Shown here piece by piece: positions 59,761 through 64,000 of a stretch of DNA of 64,000 nucleotides. The stretch is from Macrostomum lignano. Lineage: Eukaryota. Location: NCBI GenBank assembly GCA_002269645.1, contig NIVC01002854.1, positions 1-64,000 of the forward strand. The letters run 5' to 3'. The stretch's first letter is position 1, and every line of letters starts with the position of its first letter. Below the pieces are notes generated by a model. The model was not told the DNA's origin and made no database searches. It saw only the letters and a program-made list of their open reading frames with translations. Position numbers and translations under genes: made by a program.

Positions 59761-60335
59761 TTTTAGAGAAAATTTAGATTTTTTTCGGAGGATGAGCACC
59801 CTGCGCTGATGATTTAAAGTCTTAGGGATCTGGTTTCGCGTTGCGGATTGAATGTGGGGAGAAGAATGCAGATTATTTTCTGATTGTTTCGAAGATGCTA
59901 TGGGTGGATGTCAGTGGATTATGTAGGACACTTGTTATGCTCTGATAATATAGATGGATTTAGGGGGATTATGGATGACGTTTTGTGAGCGAGTAGGACC
60001 CTGATTCAGGGATAATATGGATGGATTTAATACGATTATGTTCGAAGTTTTCAGAGCAAGTGCGAACCCTCCCCTTTTTTCAAGATTCTGTCAGGGATAA
60101 TGTGGATGGATTTAATGGGATTATGGAGGAGGTTTTGTGGGCGAGTGCGACCCCCCTTTTTTCTGATTCTGTCAGGGATAATATGGATGGATTTAGGTGG
60201 ATTATGGAGGACGTTTTGTGAGCGAGTGCGACCTCCCTTTTTTTCTGATTCTGTCAGGGACAATATAGATGGATTTAATGGGATTATGGAGGAGGTGAAA
60301 AATTTTGTCCCAGAAGCCCCCTCATGCATTCTACT
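59524..60335 (-). repeat. Polinton right TIR (812 bp)
   Basis: Inverted copy of 35460-36266 plus 40719-40723; four substitutions seen, all near the inner end. Confidence 0.95.
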
Positions 60336-60772
60336 GGCTTTTGAGAGTTTTGCTTCCCTGCGCATTAAATCCAGTTTGGTTCTAACGCATTGTGTTTTTT
60401 CATGTCGGCTGTCTATTTTTGGGAGTTTTTGTTCTGTTTTTTGTGTTTGTTTTCTGTTTTTGTGTTTTTTCTGTTTTTTTGTTTTTTGGCGTTTGTTGCG
60501 AAAAGGTTTTGCATACTCTGTTCGGTTAGTTTTCCCATTTTTAGCGTTTATCCCCTTTGCTCATTTCATCGCACTGTACGCTACGTTTCAGGTTCGATCC
60601 CGTTTGCTAATCCAGTTCGAATATTTATCGCATCCCCGTGATTCGTTTACTAACCTAATTGTTTGATCCTATTTTCGGGCTCCGCTTTTTGGGCTCCGCT
60701 TATATTAGGCTACACGGGCTCCGCTTTATGAGCTTAAGTTGACAGGCCCTTTTGGAAAACGAAATTGCACTA

Positions 60773-62567
60773 CAGAAATAGGTACATGTCTTAAATATTA
60801 AAAACTTCACTTCCACTTTCGATAAAGTCCACTTCATATCAACAGTCTATGAACTTCTGAAACAACAGTCTGAAACTTCGATTCACTCTCGTCAAAGTGA
60901 AGTCCAATTTAGACAGTCAACATGCACTTTAGACAGGCCAGTTTGGATGCTGTTTATTGTGGAGATGAATAAAATTGAAGCAATCTCCGCGGGACTTTAT
61001 CTGTAGTCCTGTAGACAAAGAAGAACGAAATAATTAACTAGAAACAAGAAATATTCAGGTCCAATTTTAAATTTCACACGTGAATCCAATCAGCAATTCT
61101 CTCAAATTCAAATTAACCATTGATGGGCTGAGTTGCCAAGCACTGTGGCAGATATCTGCCGCAGTGACCGAACCACCGAGCAACCTTCTCTGCTGTGATG
61201 CAATCCAGTGGCGTCCACTTCTCTCATCAGAATGTCCCATCGGTACGCAGCCATACTACGACCAGCGATCTGTTCCTGCGTTGGGCGAATGAACTCGTCT
61301 TGCATCCTTGACAAGCGTCGCTTCAGTGCCGCTTCCAGCATGAGATCGCGTTCTCAACAGACGTTAGAAAAGGGCTGTAGGGGGGGGGCAGTCTCTTGAT
61401 CTCGGCGACGCCAGCGATCTCATAAACTTCAGCGTCCTATGGCTGCTAACGTTGTGGATTACAACGTTTATGCGACTGTCAGAAAACACGCTACTGAAGT
61501 TGGCGATCGCAATCGTGAGAAACTCCCGAACCGTTCCTTCGTCATGCCACGGTCGTATGTTGCATAGTGAACAACTCCAGCAGCCGGACTCAGCAACACA
61601 GACCGTGATCCGCTGACCCTTCTGTCCAGCAACCTGGCGGTACGCTCGCTGTCCACGTGTCGATCTTCCATACGAACGGTGCATCCATGCATTAAACCCG
61701 AACTCGTCAATAAAGATGATTTCCTTGTCCGCAGTCTCGGGTGAGCACAGCCGTTCAACGAAGCCAACTCTGGCCATTAGCACTTCGGGTGAGTTTCGCT
61801 GAGCTGGAAGGTCGCGTACCAGCTTCGTGGTGAACAGTGCGCCGTCCAGTTTGATACTCAGCGTTTTCTCGGTGACAAAAGGTTTCTGAGCAGGAAACTC
61901 CTGTCTCAGCATTGTGTTCATTTCCACCAGTGTCAACATGGGGTTCTGCTCGACAATGTCGCACAGAAACTGCTGTAACTCGGCATCCCATTTGATTTTC
62001 GTAGCCCCGCCACAAGGACGCTTCTCCACTCTGCCTGTCTTGATGATCGAGTACGCTGTTGTCCTTTTGATGCCCAGCTTAGATGCGAGTCCTCATCCTC
62101 ATCCTTCTGATGGGCAGCTAATAGACGTGACCGGTCGCGTTCACTCACTTGGTGTCGTCATGTCACTGGAGCCTCGCCGCTGACGTGACTGTTCACAGAA
62201 TCATTGTCCTCCTCTCCAGGTTCCTCGTACAATGAGGGTTCGATGTCTCCCATAGCTCAGAATCGCAGAGTTTGTGGTGCAGAAATAGACGGAAAATTGT
62301 GCACGGAGGGATTGAAAGGTTTTTAGATTAAGCGCATAGTCTCCTGATGAAAATCTTTGTGCACAAAATATTTGTATGGCTTTATGCTGACTATGACATA
62401 AAATCTTGTCCCTGTCTAAAGTGCATGTTGACTGTCTAAATTGGACGTCACTTTGACGAGAGTGAATCGAAGTTTCAGTAGGTCTGGAATCATAGACTGT
62501 TGATATGAAGTGGACTTTATTGAAAGTGGAAGTGAAGTTTTTAATATTTTAGACGTGTCTATCTCTG
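60773..62567 (-). mobile_element. Tc1/IS630-like DNA transposon with about 160-bp TIRs and a frameshifted transposase (about 61100-62148)
   Basis: TA|CAGA[A/G]ATAG..CTCTG|TA ends. MSERDRSRLL HTH, IIFIDEFGFN (D1), VVIHNVSSH (decayed D2) and LPPYSPFL..VENAISCW (E). Confidence 0.9.
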
Positions 62568-63321
62568 TAGTGCAATTTCGTTTTTCAAAATTTCCGTTTG
62601 CTTTGGTACGAAGCTATCCGTACAGAAAAGGAGATTCTGATCGTACACTGCTTTAATGAACAACTGTAAGAATTTGGTACAAATTTGACCACAGGGAAAC
62701 ATTTTCTTGAGGTTAGAATTGATGTTCACTTTCAGTTGTCGATAATGAAAGGGAGTTTGTCTGAAGTGGATGTTGTTTCAGAGATGCTAAGCTTGAAGTG
62801 TCGAAGATGAAGTTCCCATTGTCGAAAGAGAAACTGAGTTTGAATAAAATGCAGATAAAATGATGTAGCGATAAGAGAGATGATGCCTTGCCCATATTTT
62901 CAGCTCTAGCAACCCAAATCGAACAGCAGCAGCTGGCATGCCCCGAGCGATTAGGTTATGTTACCGACAAAGCCCTTTGTCTGCTTTACCTATGTTTAAC
63001 TAACCCGGTCTGCATGCATTGTTGCCTTCCGGTATGGCTCTTTTTTAAGTCACAGGTTTCTTTAAATTTGATGTACAGCATCCAAGTTTGTTCAAGTTCA
63101 GCTTTCCTTATATCGTTTACGTAATCATTTAAGCCGACTTCTTTCAGTTTTCTTTAAAAAATACAATGCGCTCCAACAACCTCCAGACCCAGAAAAAGTG
63201 AACATGTAGCTATAGACGATTTCTTTCTCTCAAAACGCACTCTGTTGATTATAAGATCTATGCATGGTTTGAACTAATTAGTCCCTCTAGCAGTTGACTT
63301 AATATTCCAGAGTGGTAGAAC

Positions 63322-63599
63322 CAAGGACAACTAAATCAACGTATATACAGGACGCGACACTCAAAATCTATGGAAAATGTTTTGAAGGCAACTTTTCGCC
63401 GAAAAATACACTATAAGAAAGGCACAACATGTCAAAAGATGAACATTGGGTCTGCCTCCTATCGAAAGGAATAACAATTTTTGTGCTTAAAAATTAAAAC
63501 TAATTCCTATCTCCGTAGTGTATTTTTCGGGGAAAAGTTGCCTTCAAAACATTTTCCATAGATTTCGAGTGTTGCGTCCTTCTACTTATGTAGTCCTTG
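63322..63599 (+). mobile_element. P-family MITE related to the 46025-51040 element
   Basis: CAAGGAC..GTCCTTG ends and an 8-bp TSD GGTAGAAC (63314-63321 and 63600-63607). Shares subterminal AGGACGC..CACTC and TTTTGAAGGC..TTTCGCCGAAAAATAC with the P element. Confidence 0.88.
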
Positions 63600-64000
63600 G
63601 GTAGAACGCTGGACTCAAGGTAGCCGATCCCAGGTTCCCAATCCAGACTAAGGTTCCAGATCCGCACTCCAGAGTGAGATCCCAGATCTTAATTCAGCAG
63701 AACAGCAAATCAAGCTTGCCGAGAACTGCATCAATGTCTTACTTCTGGTGAGGGAGCTGCATGCTCATGAGAACTGTTACTTCGCCCTTTTTAAGGTAGT
63801 AATGCGTCAGTAAAATAAAAATTTACTTTCATTTATAACCGAGATTCATTGGGGTTTAACTTCCATTCCTGTACAGTACAGTAAAACCATAAGCTTAATC
63901 GATTCACCTGCGTTTTGTTGGTTAATATACTATAATGAACGCACTTTTTAAATCCATTTGACGCGTCTTAGTTAAAATTCAGCCAATTAGACCAATTCTT

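Larger units (their letters stand above)
35460..60335. mobile_element. Full-length Polinton/Maverick (adintovirus-like endogenous virus), about 15.4 kb after removing two nested insertions
   Basis: AGTAG..CTACT termini, 6-bp TSD GGCTTT (35454-35459 and 60336-60341), 812-bp TIRs, and a complete set of pPolB, RVE integrase, ATPase, protease, major and minor capsid genes. Confidence 0.97.

Overview
Repeat-dense genomic window from an invertebrate animal (species cannot be determined from sequence alone). It holds two intact-looking host genes on +: a TMEM86/YhhN lysoplasmalogenase (11748-12536) and a phosphorylase kinase gamma subunit (25146-28923). The left half is AT-rich and full of decayed mariner/Tc1 elements, MITEs, minisatellites and a complete but decayed Mag-type Gypsy element (16309-20871). 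The right half is a nested stack. A truncated BEL/Pao element is followed by a full-length Polinton/Maverick (adintovirus-like) provirus at 35460-60335, with 812-bp TIRs, TSD GGCTTT and about 15.4 kb net length. It encodes penton, hexon, ATPase, protease, pPolB, integrase, PLA2 and pX-like proteins. The Polinton carries two insertions: a very young non-coding LTR element (36267-40714, apparently identical LTRs, tRNA-Gln PBS, hairpin and PBS-derived arrays) and an intron-containing THAP/P element (46025-51040). The most interesting signal: six Polinton ORFs on both strands start 5-8 nt after a polypyrimidine+AG splice acceptor, and a GTAAGT donor sits in an ORF inside both TIRs. For five of the six, that donor gives an in-frame fusion. 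This suggests an adenovirus-like shared-leader (or trans-splicing) expression system, which is inference and needs RNA evidence. All coordinates and counts were read by eye; no searches were run.
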